From Balanoglossus misakiensis (lineage: Eukaryota; Animalia; Hemichordata), in assembly GCA_040954595.2 (NCBI GenBank), contig CM082580.2, positions 5,446,783 through 5,510,782 of the forward strand: a DNA stretch of 64,000 nucleotides, given 5' to 3'. Position 1 is the stretch's first letter; the number at the start of each line of letters is the position of its first letter. The position numbers were made by a program, and so were the translations under genes. The notes below the pieces were generated by a model. That model worked only from the letters and a program-made list of their open reading frames with translations, was not told the origin of the DNA and did no database searches. Shown one piece after another: positions 14,258 to 26,443 of the stretch.

Positions 14258-16199
14258 TTCGAAATACCTCTGTGGCCTGGCCCTCCAATTAAGAACGCAC
14301 ATTGGTACTAACAAATGACTTGGAGTTGAAAAACACACTGTGTAGTATAGTATTTTAATTATTGCATGATATGATTGATGTGAAATACCGGATGTATGTA
14401 GGTCATCAATGATGATCTGGCGGGAACGCCCTCGCAGTCTGCATGGGTGAATGACTCACACAGTTTGGAAACCACGCACAGCACTCATTAATAACAACAC
14501 CTGGTTTTTCGCAGTTCGAACTTTTACATTTTCGAGAGTATAACAAGGCTATTCAGCAACCAGGTGACAAAGAGAATGTCACTGACCGAGCCAGTCTGGT
14601 ATCCGTGTCGTTCAGCGACCACCCCCACCCTCACCCCTCCGTCTTTGATGGGCGCAAGATCACGATTCACTGGTATAGTTCGCCTAGGCTCAGACTGTGC
14701 GTATCCAATGCACACATGTACAGGGCCTGAGATAGACCTCACTACAGTCCCCGACAAGACAAACTCCTCCCAGATCAAATTTCTACACTGTGCTTGCATA
14801 AAAAGTATTTCTAAAATCACAGAAAACTTTTGACGCAACGGGCCTGTTTTGTCGCCAGATGACTTTTGTGTTTGGTTACCATTGAATTTTGAGTGGAAAA
14901 CACCACAGTCCCTTCGGAATCGTCACGGTCGATCATAACATACTTTCACAGAATAAAAAGTCGGTACAGCCCCGCATTTCATTGACGGTAATGGTAGTTT
15001 TGCAGTTTTGCTAGCTTCTTTGTAACTTTAATCCACTTGAAGGGACCTTTACGAAGTCGCTATACATAATACATGGGAGGTGTGGGTTACGGCACCCTAC
15101 AATGGCACGACTTATTTTGACACACATATTATTAGAAATTTTGCTCATAAAAGGGGCGTGTGTATGTTGTACTCAGTACCGTCACTGCTGAGGATTGAGT
15201 GGTTAAATATGTTTCCCAGTCGGAAAAGTGAACTCTGATACGGTAATACATGTACTGGGGGTGTGTACCGCCATAAAACAGACTTTCCAGACAGGGTAAA
15301 TTCGCGGGGACAGTCTCGTGTGGTTTTCCTCTCTAGTGTCATGGTACAGTGTAAGGCTTCAATCTGGAAACTACAATGGTGATGACGTCTGTATAATAAT
15401 GAGGAATCCTAGATTGTTATGTTCAGTTCCGAAATTTTCGGAGATTTAATTACCGCCGTGAATGGCTGACTGTTTTTCCCCTAAAAGGGAACTGTCATCG
15501 AGTAATTATTTCGCTATGGTCTGTAGAAAAACGATTCCACCTTCAAAATAAACCGACTGTCGCCGCCATCGTCACCCATGATTAAAGTTTGCCACTATTC
15601 ACATTGGTCTGATTTTGTGTGATGTCCTTTTAAATACATTTAAATCAAGAAAATGTCACTTTCATTAGGGCCTAAATAAGATTAATATTTCGAGAATCTC
15701 TTGCTTTAAATTCCCAATATTTCATGATGAGCATGTTCTCCCAATGGGTATAGTAGTATAGTGTATAAGCTTATGTAGGCTTGCATTTGTATTTTGGTGT
15801 TGCCCCGATGTGCCAAAGCGTCAATCAGTTTCAGGATCAGTTTCGGTCCGACACAGATAATCGTTTTCCCAACTGTTGCAGATTCTCGAAAATGTTTCTT
15901 CTCATCACTCTAGGCCGGCCGCGGCCTATGGACACCACAGGGCCTATCTATATGCGTGGATCTGAACCTGCCCAGGGGAAAACTGTTTTTCTATGCTGGT
16001 GTTTCCGAGGTTTTCCACAAGGGTGGCTTTCCCTCAAATTCGGCGCATCGTACTGCATGATGCTACGTCACTGCGTGGTACGCGGTATCTGCAGTATGTG
16101 ATGCGAAACTTCGGTGACGTATTTGGGTTGACCCATATTTGCATTACCATAGAAGCGAACAATGCGCGTGTCCCTTTCGAACGGCGGAAGCGAAAAGTG

Positions 16200-16258
16200 T
16201 ATTGGGCGTTGGGGGCGTTTTGCTTCCCCATCGGTCAACATGGCGGATGTGTCGAAAG
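16200..16258 (+). other. Probable first exon of the OTULIN gene (5' boundary approximate)
   Basis: CpG-rich region, AACATGGCGG (Kozak/YY1-like) with ATG at 16240, and a strong donor AAG|GTAAGT after 16258. Confidence 0.5.
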
Positions 16259-18142
16259 GTAAGTGTCTGTACTGTGAAGTTACATGGTATGCGGATTTTC
16301 GTCGATCGGGTTGGTTCTGGGTACTGTTCGTCCGACGGTAAGAGTGATCTTAATGTGTACTTGCCTGTCGAGGTCGTCAACCCTTATCGGTGAATCAACT
16401 CGTGACGCTGTGTCATGTGCGTTGGCGATCACGGTTAAATATGATCATGCGAGACTCGGGCCAGGGCCGTGGGCGAAAACAATCGATTCCGGGAGAGTCC
16501 CGCTTTTATTGTACTGAATTCCGTTGGATATTCTAAGTGAAATCATGACTATTTCAGATAAAAGAGTTGCCCTTTTTGGATAGCACCTAGAGAATCCAAA
16601 CATTTATATATATACGTGTACAAATTATACGTGTGTAACATCGAAAAAGAGTTCAGACAACGGGAGCTGAGCTGCGAGGCTTAACATTTACAAGTTGCAT
16701 GTAATTTATCATCGTCGTATCATACGTCGCGTCGGAAACAAAGCGTTGGTAGACTTTTAGCCAAGCTGCTACGGGTCACATCTCTACCGAACACCGAAAG
16801 ATGCATATTAGATATACATGTACAGTGACAGTCATGAACGGGTATGGACACTATTTAATTTCAAAGATAATGGCGATTTTTTTACTGGGTACTGCATACT
16901 GTAGTACATTTATATGTACGTTATCATGATCACAGGTAAACAATCTGTGGATGGTCCAAATATCGCAGGGCTGTGGAATTATCGAGCTCTAAATGTTTGT
17001 TGAGTCTTAAGACATTAGGCCAAAATATGTGATTTTCTAATGACTTTCAAACTTTATTGTGTTTCTAGGACTTGGTAAATATGTACTACATGCTACATTT
17101 ACAAATGAATGACCAGTGTAAAATTTCTTGGAACATGATAGAATTCCACATTAATTTGGGGGGGGGGGGGCATATCACTTGTAAAGGCAACTGCCAACAT
17201 GGTTTTACTGGTGGGCAAGGGTAATATACTGTAGGTGGTCACACCATGGTGGTCATAATCAAAACCATACTACCAGTAATTTTTTATTTTCTTTTTTTAA
17301 CTCAGGTTGTCTAAGAAGCCCTTGCCCTTAGGAAGTCCCCCCCCCCTTTTTAATTAGCAGTTACATTATCACGTTGCCCAGACATTATTTGAAATTCAGT
17401 GTGTTCATTGTGACACCATTTGAATAGCATTTCATTGCTTCTTTTCTGAATACTGTATTAATTAAAGTACCAAGTCTGGGGCAGTTTTCACACTTAGTTG
17501 TGTGCATTTGAATACGTAGCAAAAGCCTGAAAATTGGTCAGAAGCGACCAAAGTCAGAGCCAAGCATGAGTATGGAGATTTTCGCAGAGTGTATGAAAAC
17601 AATTGTGATGGTCTAATTTTTTTTTTTTTTTTTTTTTTTTTTTGGGGGGGGGGTGTATCTTTCACTGTGTAATGACCAGCAATACATTGAGGCATGATGT
17701 CATCTTTAGGCGAACACTGAATATTCATGAGTTGCTAAAATTGAAATGCAGTTGACTAAATCATCTCAGATCAGATACGGTTGTAATGGCCTATGTGTCA
17801 TCCTCAATAATTTAATAATGGCCTAAAACTACAGCAACTGAGTGATAGTCATTGGTCTGTTCTGTTTTGTTTGTGCCGGAGATGAAAACTAATCAAAAAG
17901 GGGCGCACTGATTTCATTTCAGTCAGAAGAATGGGCATCTTGTTTGGTGGTATAACCATTCTTAATTCTTTCATTGTATTTTTCTTCTCCCCCCCCCCCC
18001 AACCAGTCGTACGCAGTGCCTGCTGAGATGGACACCAGCACTACTTAGCCAGTACCTCAACAGTTGTTCCGAGTGCGCTCAGTTTGCGCTGCACGTCGCC
18101 TCCCTCGCCCGGCTAACGTCACCGAGAAGCACACCACCCACG

Positions 18143-21100
18143 ATGGGCCAGTCGTCGTCAAGCAACGCTGAGAAGGCGAACGACGAGAACGGGTCCAGTC
18201 GCGCGGACGAGTCCTTCGTCAGTGTTCCCAGTGTGGACGGACTCAACATGAAGTCCCCCAAGAATAACAAAACCAAGGTGAAGACAGGGAATAAGAAACG
18301 CAAGGGATCGGACGAATTTTCCTCCGACGGGCACCTGGCCGCGCCGTCGACGCCGCGGTCCATCCTGGCGGGTTCCAGGCGAGAGAGCATGACGAGCAAC
18401 ATCAGCTGCGTGAGCGAGCGGGTCGAGGAAGAGGAGGAGGCCATGAAGATCGAGACTTACAACAACTCGCCGAAGAAGTACCGCACTTTCACGCGGCGGA
18501 CCCCGGCCCGGCCGAATCCCGAACCGAAGACGGTGGACGCAGAGGTGAAGGTGAAAGCCAAGGCTGAGGTGAACGGCAGCTTCGAGATGCTGCCGAGCGA
18601 AGTGCCGGAAGAAAGTTTCGTCGTCGTGCCGTCGGCGCTCGAAGTATTCGACACCGATCAAAAATTAGGGGACATTCCGTGTGTGGAAAACAGTTTGTCC
18701 ACCCACAGCAAAGTCGGTTTCTCTAATGCCCCTGGTGGGACGAGCCAGTCTAGAGTGACCGCCCCTAGTGACATGAGACAAGCAAAGTTGCAGTTTTTCA
18801 ACGCCAACCCGCCGTCCGTCTCGAACGAGCCGGGACGGACTTTGAATCACGGGATTCGCAGCGCACCCCACGTCCAAGTGTCAATAAGCAAACAAATTCA
18901 GTTGAGAGGGGGTCTACCGATGGACTCTGAAGCCGACGTCGACAGGTGCTCGCCCCTGAGTGCCGGCAATCCCGGGGTGAACAACCACGCCGGCAAAGTC
19001 GGGAATCCTGGGGCGGCGGGGGCCAGTAACCCCCACGGAAAGCCGAATAATCCAAAAATTAAGGACCACAGGGGGAATCCCGGGCAGGGTTCTAAGGACA
19101 CTGCCGATTATGAGTCATTGCGCAGTGGGAAGTCCGGGGCCATGTTGGACTTGTCACGAGTGGTCCACGCTGACAAGACCGGTGCGTTGGGCGAAAAGCT
19201 GCAGAGGAGCGTCTCCGACGTGAACTCCCGGCCGGGGTGGCAGAGCACCGACCTGGACCACCACAGCTGGTCGGGCAAGAAGCTGGCCAGCGTGACGCCA
19301 GTGACGCCCAACACCAAGGCGAACAACAGGCGAGCCGAGTTGTACGGGACCCTGCCCAGAAACCAGATGCCGGCGGGCGGGCGGCTGATTTCGAGGGGAG
19401 GCATCAAGCAGACCAACCTGGACGAGTTCGAGATCTCCAAGAGCGCCGATGCGCTGCACGAAATGGGGACTGAAGACGAACCCGTCGCGGCCAGGAAAGT
19501 CCTCTTCAGCCGACCCAGGGACGGCGCGGGAGTCTCCCCCGCCGCCAAGCAGGCGTCGGACCTGAGCTGCGACGTCGTTACCGACGCAGCAGCGGACCTC
19601 AGTTTCATAGACTCTGACAGCAGCGCCGTAGTCTCTGTGAAAGTGACAAAGGTGAGCACGACTCCCCCCGAGACCGGTCTGGCCTCCAACACATCTCCGA
19701 AGGAACCCGCCAGTCATGGTTCGACTGCAGCTGCAACTTATGATGTCAACGATCCAGATTTGGATATCTACAGCGCCAATACCAAAATGCCAGAACAAGA
19801 AAGACAGTCAAAAGGTATTGTACTTTTATTAAAAAATATGTTATATGCACCTATTTTCTTTTGTATTTTAAATACAGGAGTCCATATTCAGGGCCTCCTT
19901 CCTGCAGAGCTGAATATGGTCTGAGGTGTGGATTTTTGTTTGTAAGTGTGAGTCAGTTTTTGCTGGCATGATACATGGGCATCTGTCAATGCATGTCATT
20001 TGCGCACGCAGAGTCAGACCAATACACACTGTTCTTCTACATAGCCAGCTGATGATATTATTAGTGCCGTTTTGTGTATCCAATGTATATCATCTATCTC
20101 ATCACACAGGCCGCTCAGAGTGAGGCTCCCTTGTAAATCAAAATTTGTGGCTAAACATAGACGTGTTTATTTATACTAGTAATAGCAAGGGAAAGGGGAA
20201 GTCATTTCCCATGAAACTATCACTAATCAGTTTCTAAAGGGACTTGGACTGCCTGGGTCTAAATGTCAGTTTCAGTGGGGGATGGGGTATTCTCGGGATC
20301 ATTAGTGCTAAAAATGATGGCATGGGTGACCTTGGGGTTGAGGTCACGGGACCATGGAATTGACATTAGTCAGCTGTTCCAGTTGTCAGCAGAGGGAATC
20401 TCCCCTTCAGCTCAGAATTGAACATTAATATGATGTACAATCAATATCCTTGCATGATTGCATCAAATATCTTTTTTTAATTTTACAAGCTGTCACGCAA
20501 CCAGTCTGTTCAGTTTCTGTATCTGGGTCAATTGTCTTACCACGCGATATTAAATGAAGCCTGTTTAGACGATTCGGCTATTTTTAAAAGTAATTGAAAT
20601 AGAATGGTACCAGTGACTGTGAGACACCAGTATTGAATTGACCAGCCAATGTCAGAGACAGATTATCATTAACATGTACCAGTAAATATTGCAAAAGTCA
20701 TTTTGGAATGTAATTAGCACAAGCAAATCAAATTGTACGGTATGTAAATCAGACAGGTTCTGCCGCAGTTACATAACACAAGGACGTTTGTTCATAACTG
20801 GAGGATTCCGCTGTGATTTTTTTTCATTTCACTCAAAGGGTGACGTTGATTTAAAATCTAAATTGTCTCTGCCTCCTACACTAGCGTGATGTCTCAGCGA
20901 AAACATGTCAAGAGTGGGGTGTGTCTGAAATGCTATTCTTGGCAGGCAGTGGGGCTCTGCAGTGTATTACCGAGATTAATAACAGAGAGTAACATAATTA
21001 GATGGTAAGAAAAAGCATGTGGTTGTCGCTGTCCATGTTGCTCTGACACAGATTCTTTGTCGGGGAGAATTTCACAGGAACAGCAAGAGACCTGAATGTT

Positions 21101-24100
21101 TTGTGTGCTACGCATAGTCAACATTCCATAACAATTAAATATTGTACGTTATTTTTTTTGTCTGTATGAGAAAGAAACTGTGTTTTTTAAATGATAAAAT
21201 GAGGTCAGCGTAACATGATTGGTTTCATTTTGATACCTACTGTACATGGGGACTATGAGATCCTCAGTAAATCAGTAGCCTTGTTTTCACTCTGTGAACT
21301 TCAAAGTCTAAAGTTCGTGTTTACATTTCAGTATAGGAAGATGTCAGCCCTGGCCTCAAAACCCACGCAGTATTTCTCACATGAGCAACATTTACGGTTT
21401 TACCGTAGTTCAACAAATGCCAAACTTTATTTGTTTTTCAAGTTTTGGGCCTGCATATTCAGTATACATGTGTATAGCTAAAACGAACCAATTGTTCCCA
21501 AAATTGAGGGGGAGTACCCCCCCCCCCTGTATCTGCACAGTGAGTCAGACCAGTAAAACCACTCTTCTAACCTTAGCCGCAGACAAACGTCCAAAACCCA
21601 TTGAATTACGTGATGTGTACGTTTGTATCTAAAGAATGATTTCATGTAAATTATTAACAGTACATGCGCAGTATGATTGTATAGATTTCCCAATGTGTGT
21701 CTGACACATGAATGATTTACATATGTGCGCATGTACTCGATACTGACCATCAGTTTTCCTGGGTGGGGGGGGGGGGGGGGGGGGGGGCGGGGGGCGTACA
21801 TGTACTGCAGCAAACATGTAGCAAAAGGATTTGCTTATTTGGTGCTGTAACATCATTTGCTTGTGGATCAATAATAAATAGACACGTACATGTACTGTCA
21901 TATTTTGCTCTCTCAGTTCATGCCACAACAGATACTATCTAAAGATTTTGAGCAAATGAATGTGGTTTGATAACACCGTATGTTTTTCATTGCCATCACA
22001 GAGAGGCCGGGGATCGCTGCCGCTGTCCGCGAGAAGCCGAAAAGTCTCGCCAAACCCAAAATCATGAACGTCGGCGAGAAGAGACCGATCCGTGGGTACG
22101 GAGAGAGAGAGTGGAAGGGACAGACACCCAATGCCAGAGCCATGAGAAATGTAGGTGCCCGGAGAACAGTAGAAATGTCAGAAATCTGACGGATAGTACT
22201 CATTATTGCTGCATATGTTGTTATATATACATGTACAGTCTAACAAAAAATACAAGTATGAATTAGAACTTAAAAATTATTATAAACAATTGGACAGGGT
22301 CTTTTCGCACATTAAAGAATGCCAAACAATTGTACTCAAAGGACATACATGTAAGCTTTTCTGAAAATTGTCCCTGATGTCTGGCCTTGTAAGTCAAAAT
22401 ATAGAAATTCCAACACGCTGTTTATACTGTTCTGCATATAACTGTCAGTTTGGGTCATCACTGTCACATGTAATGACTCCAACCTTTCAACAATGAGCCT
22501 GTGTGTTTGACTTTGGGGCGATTATGTTGCCAAAAATAATCACATACTGAGATTTTTCAAAATGCTGTCAAGTGCATGTTCATGTAGGTCAAATTGTCCC
22601 TGGTAATGTTTTAAACAAAATTATCGCTTGGCCAATGAGAATGCATTGTGGAACCAGGTGACCAATCACAGAGCAAGGCAATTATGAGAGACACATCACT
22701 TGCAACTGACAACCTGTTCAGCTGGTGGTGTTTGCGATTATGCAAGAGAGTTCCGGAACTTTGTCCAAATATTGACAAAAAATTGAAATCAAACTGTGTG
22801 CTGTGTGGCTGTACTGTCAATATGAAGAGTGTATTATATACTGTTTGCCTATACTGTCTGACCACAAAGGTATATTTACATGTAAAGTGACTTCAGTGAG
22901 TGCTGTCACTGCAGTGCATTCAGATATGGTGGCACATTGTATATACACCTACATGCACCTTGAGAAAAAATAACATAGATGCCCAACCATTTCTTTCAAA
23001 ATGCAAATGCAAAACAATTAATTAATGCCTCTTTGTTCTGTAATAGCATACATACATACATGCAATTTCAATTTTCATGTATTGAGGTTAAGTTAATTTT
23101 AACTTACTTTAATTAAATTTGAGAAGCTTGAAATTCCAAATGTTGCTGTCAAATTACACATTAACTTGCGGTGTTATTCGAAATATTGCTAGATAGCTCA
23201 CATGTATGGCAAATCATCTTGTGAATGAGGTGAGTGTAGATGAAAAATCACACAAACCAATATGATGATTTTTTAAGTACTCCATAATGCACGACCCTTC
23301 CAAAACAATGTACAGGGAAAAGAAGTTCATTCTAACTTCATATATTTTTTGCCTTCTTTTGCAGGGGTATGCTCAAATTCCCACTCTTCTCAACTGCTAC
23401 AACCTTCGCAGTATCCGTGGCGATAACTACTGTGCCATCCGGGCGTCGTTGTACCAGGCGCTGCTCAACGACTACATCCACATCCAACTGGGCCAAGATT
23501 TACAGAGCATCACAGAGGTGAGGAGAACGAGCGTGGTGTATTTTCAAGAGTGTCTGTTACAGCGTGTTTTATTACCAAAGATTTCAGTTCACTGAGTGAC
23601 ACAATGCAGTAAGATAGGAATAGCGTCTTTTCCTGTCTGCGGTAACATTAGAATATGAACATCTGATTGCGGAACCGCTGTAGTAATCAGACTTCGGTGT
23701 TTAGGGAAGTGGAAAGAGCCATTTATACATGTGCGTGCTCCCTTCTCTGTAAAAAAGAAGGGATACCAGTGAGGTAACTTTGAACAATTCACACTGAAAG
23801 ATGTTTTATTTTGATTCGATTGAATATTCAGTAAAACAAGGATGTGTCTCATTCAATCTGTAGACAAATTGAAAAACTGGATCGCCCTCAATCCAATGTT
23901 TATATTCTAATGTTACAGTTGACAGGAAAAGACGTTTCTGTTCCCTGTATTGTGTCACTGAATTGAAATCTGTGGTAAGATGATGTCACATGGCTTCTTG
24001 TGTTTGGACGTGTATTTTCATATTTTTGTACCAGAAGAGCTGACTGCCACAATCAAGCTGATAATAGACTCTGCATGGATTACTATACAAACTTGAAGCA

Positions 24101-26443
24101 TCCAGACTATAGTACATATTGTACCCCTTCTTGGTATTTGTTAGGAACTCTGGCTTTCAGTGGAATTCTGTTGCCTTGTGTAGATGTACACCAGAACATG
24201 ATGAGTCATCAGTGTTGACATGGAAATTCCACAGTGCCACAATGAATCATGCTTGTCGTGGACATTTACAAAAAAAGTATTTATGGGTTAATAGGAATTT
24301 TGAGAGAGAAAAAAACATGTTTCTGTCTTGTTTCTGGAATCATTGTCCCTCCACATGTGAAAAACCCTGAAACCAAGAAATGGTCACAGTATGGGACCTT
24401 TACAGTTTATGATTTGTGCCTTGACAACCCAGTACATAGTTAAGTCTTCAGTGTTTATGCCAGCAGCTAACATTACTAGTGGTGTAAACAGTTTGAAGGT
24501 ACTATACTGTAGCTTAATATACTGGGTGGCTGGAGTAATCCAAGGCTTATTTCAATTTCATTGACAATAAAATCAATCCAGAATTTGCTGTCAAAATCTC
24601 CCCCTATCGCCTGTCACTTTCCAAGGTCTTTCGGTGACTCGCCCGTGCTTTCCCCAGAACATATAGGCATGACTCATGCACCCTCAATCCGCGCAATGTC
24701 TTTCTGTTGCCGAGCTATGCAGTGGGGAAATCCAGAATCTATATCTCTATAGCCTGACAGACCTTGATTGAAGTGTCTGAACTTTGTTTTCCTAGGTGCC
24801 CGCTTGGTTTCTGCGCAGCGGCTACACTTGGATCAACGGCTGGACGTTCGCTCACCGCCTCCGACGGTACAACCACCCGATTGTCAAAATGAGAGAATGT
24901 CTGCAGGCGCTGCAGGAACAGGTAGGGCTCTCAAGGATTAGTCATTGCAGTGGGAGGCATGTCTGTGACCTTTGACATTCCACATTTTGCTGTCTGCTAA
25001 ATTTTTGGTCTTTTGCTGTGTGTGCTTCAGTGTGGTCCTTGGTAGATATTTGCTCCTACAAGAAAAATCTAAATTTGATACTTTTGAAGTGATCATATTG
25101 TGCTCGATAATGAATTTAAATTCTTGTATGTTGCCCCTAATTCCTACATTTTCTGGTGTTACGAATTGTAAAATGTGTAAGAACACAAATCCAGTAAATT
25201 TTAAAATATGAGTTGTCCAAGACCTACATATAGGTACACGAATCATTCTGTTTTATGTCAGTGTTCAGTCATTCAGCTTTATGTCAGTGAACACCCCAAA
25301 GATCTGACCTATTATTTTTTTCACAGATTGATCTCATGAAACCAATCACCACCTTCGAGGAGAGAGAGAAGAGACTTCTGGAAGCATTCAACAGTGAGGA
25401 TTCTGAACTGGACATTCAGCTCTTGGAGGCCGTCAAGCTGTTGATGTTGTACAACGCAGTGAGACTGCATGAAGATAACGCAACTGGCAAAGAGGTGAGA
25501 AAAATCTAGCTGAATTAGTAAGTTACACGCTATCTTAAAAAAAGACATGTTTTACAGTAAATCTTGGACTGCTGAGAACCTTTTGTACTTCCAGCCTTTG
25601 AATAATGAAAATGCATCACTGGTAGTGTTGTAATTTTTGCTTCTTTGTGAATTCATCAGTAATGTTTGATATCTCTGTATTCCTGCAGGTACCTGTGTTT
25701 GCCTGGCTGATGTACGCCCGGGATACTTCCGAGACTCCCGAGAAGTGGATGATGAATCATCTCAACCGGGTGGGAGACTCTGGAGGACTTGAACAGGTCA
25801 GTTGGCTCAGATTTGGACAGTAATGAAGACAAAAAAACCCTGTCCATTCCAAGTGTACACCTGTCGCATCCACTCTTCATGTAGAAAACTTGACAGCTTT
25901 GTTTATTTACAATTTATAAGTATAACTGCGTTGCATCACAGAGTAAATTACTTTTTGTAGGACACACAGCCAGGAATTGCTAAAACCCAGATTACTCTCC
26001 AACCCTTACCATGATAATCCATTTTTCAGTAAAACTCCTTTAAGAGAATTTTGACGTTCTCTCCACTGGCAGTCTCAGACTGTTTCTTCATATTCGAATG
26101 GCAGTGGGGGTTTAAAGTGAAATGTTTTACTTCACCACTACTGGTCGTGAGGTCCTAAATCAATCAAAAGTCATTCTCACATCTTTGTACACTGCACACT
26201 CTACTCCCTCCCGCAAACTCCCACCAGATGACACTGACTGTTTCTTTCCTCTCCCCTCCCCCCTGATAGGTCGAGATGTTCCTCCTGGGATTCACCCTCG
26301 GAGTGACGCTGAAGGTGGTGCGACCCTCCCAGTTCCGGCAGGAGGACTTCGTCACCCACTACCCGGACGACCACGTCGACGACTGGCCAAGCGTCACCAT
26401 GATCGCCGAGGACGACCGGCACTACAACATTGCCATGCAGTGA
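18143..26443 (+). CDS. OTULIN: OTULIN-like linear (Met1) ubiquitin deubiquitinase with long N-terminal extension (~849 aa)
   Basis: Exons 18143-19814, 22002-22150, 23365-23517, 24796-24921, 25327-25494, 25689-25796 and 26270-26443 splice in frame through GT-AG sites. Diagnostic motifs: EREWKG, IRGDNYCAIRA (catalytic Cys), ARDTS, VGDSGGLEQVEMFLLG and EDDRHYNI (catalytic His/Asn). Confidence 0.92.
23570..23980. mobile_element. Degenerate MITE/foldback element in an OTULIN intron
   Basis: About 85-90-bp imperfect inverted repeats: 23570-23661 (…ttaccaaagatttcag…gtgacacaat…cgtcttttcctgtc…gtaacattagaatatgaacat) versus 23896-23980. No clear TSD. Confidence 0.65.

Noticed and set aside
14460-14840. 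Overlapping short ORFs between the coiled-coil gene and OTULIN
   Set aside because: No recognisable motifs, and no consistent splice model could be built.
15993-16262. 89-aa ORF that could splice in frame (phase 2) to the large OTULIN exon
   Set aside because: Formally possible, but it lies in promoter-like sequence and the peptide is not protein-like. Left unannotated.
19815-19924. Hydrophobic C-terminus of ORF 18143..19924
   Set aside because: Intron read-through past the donor at 19814, not a TM segment.
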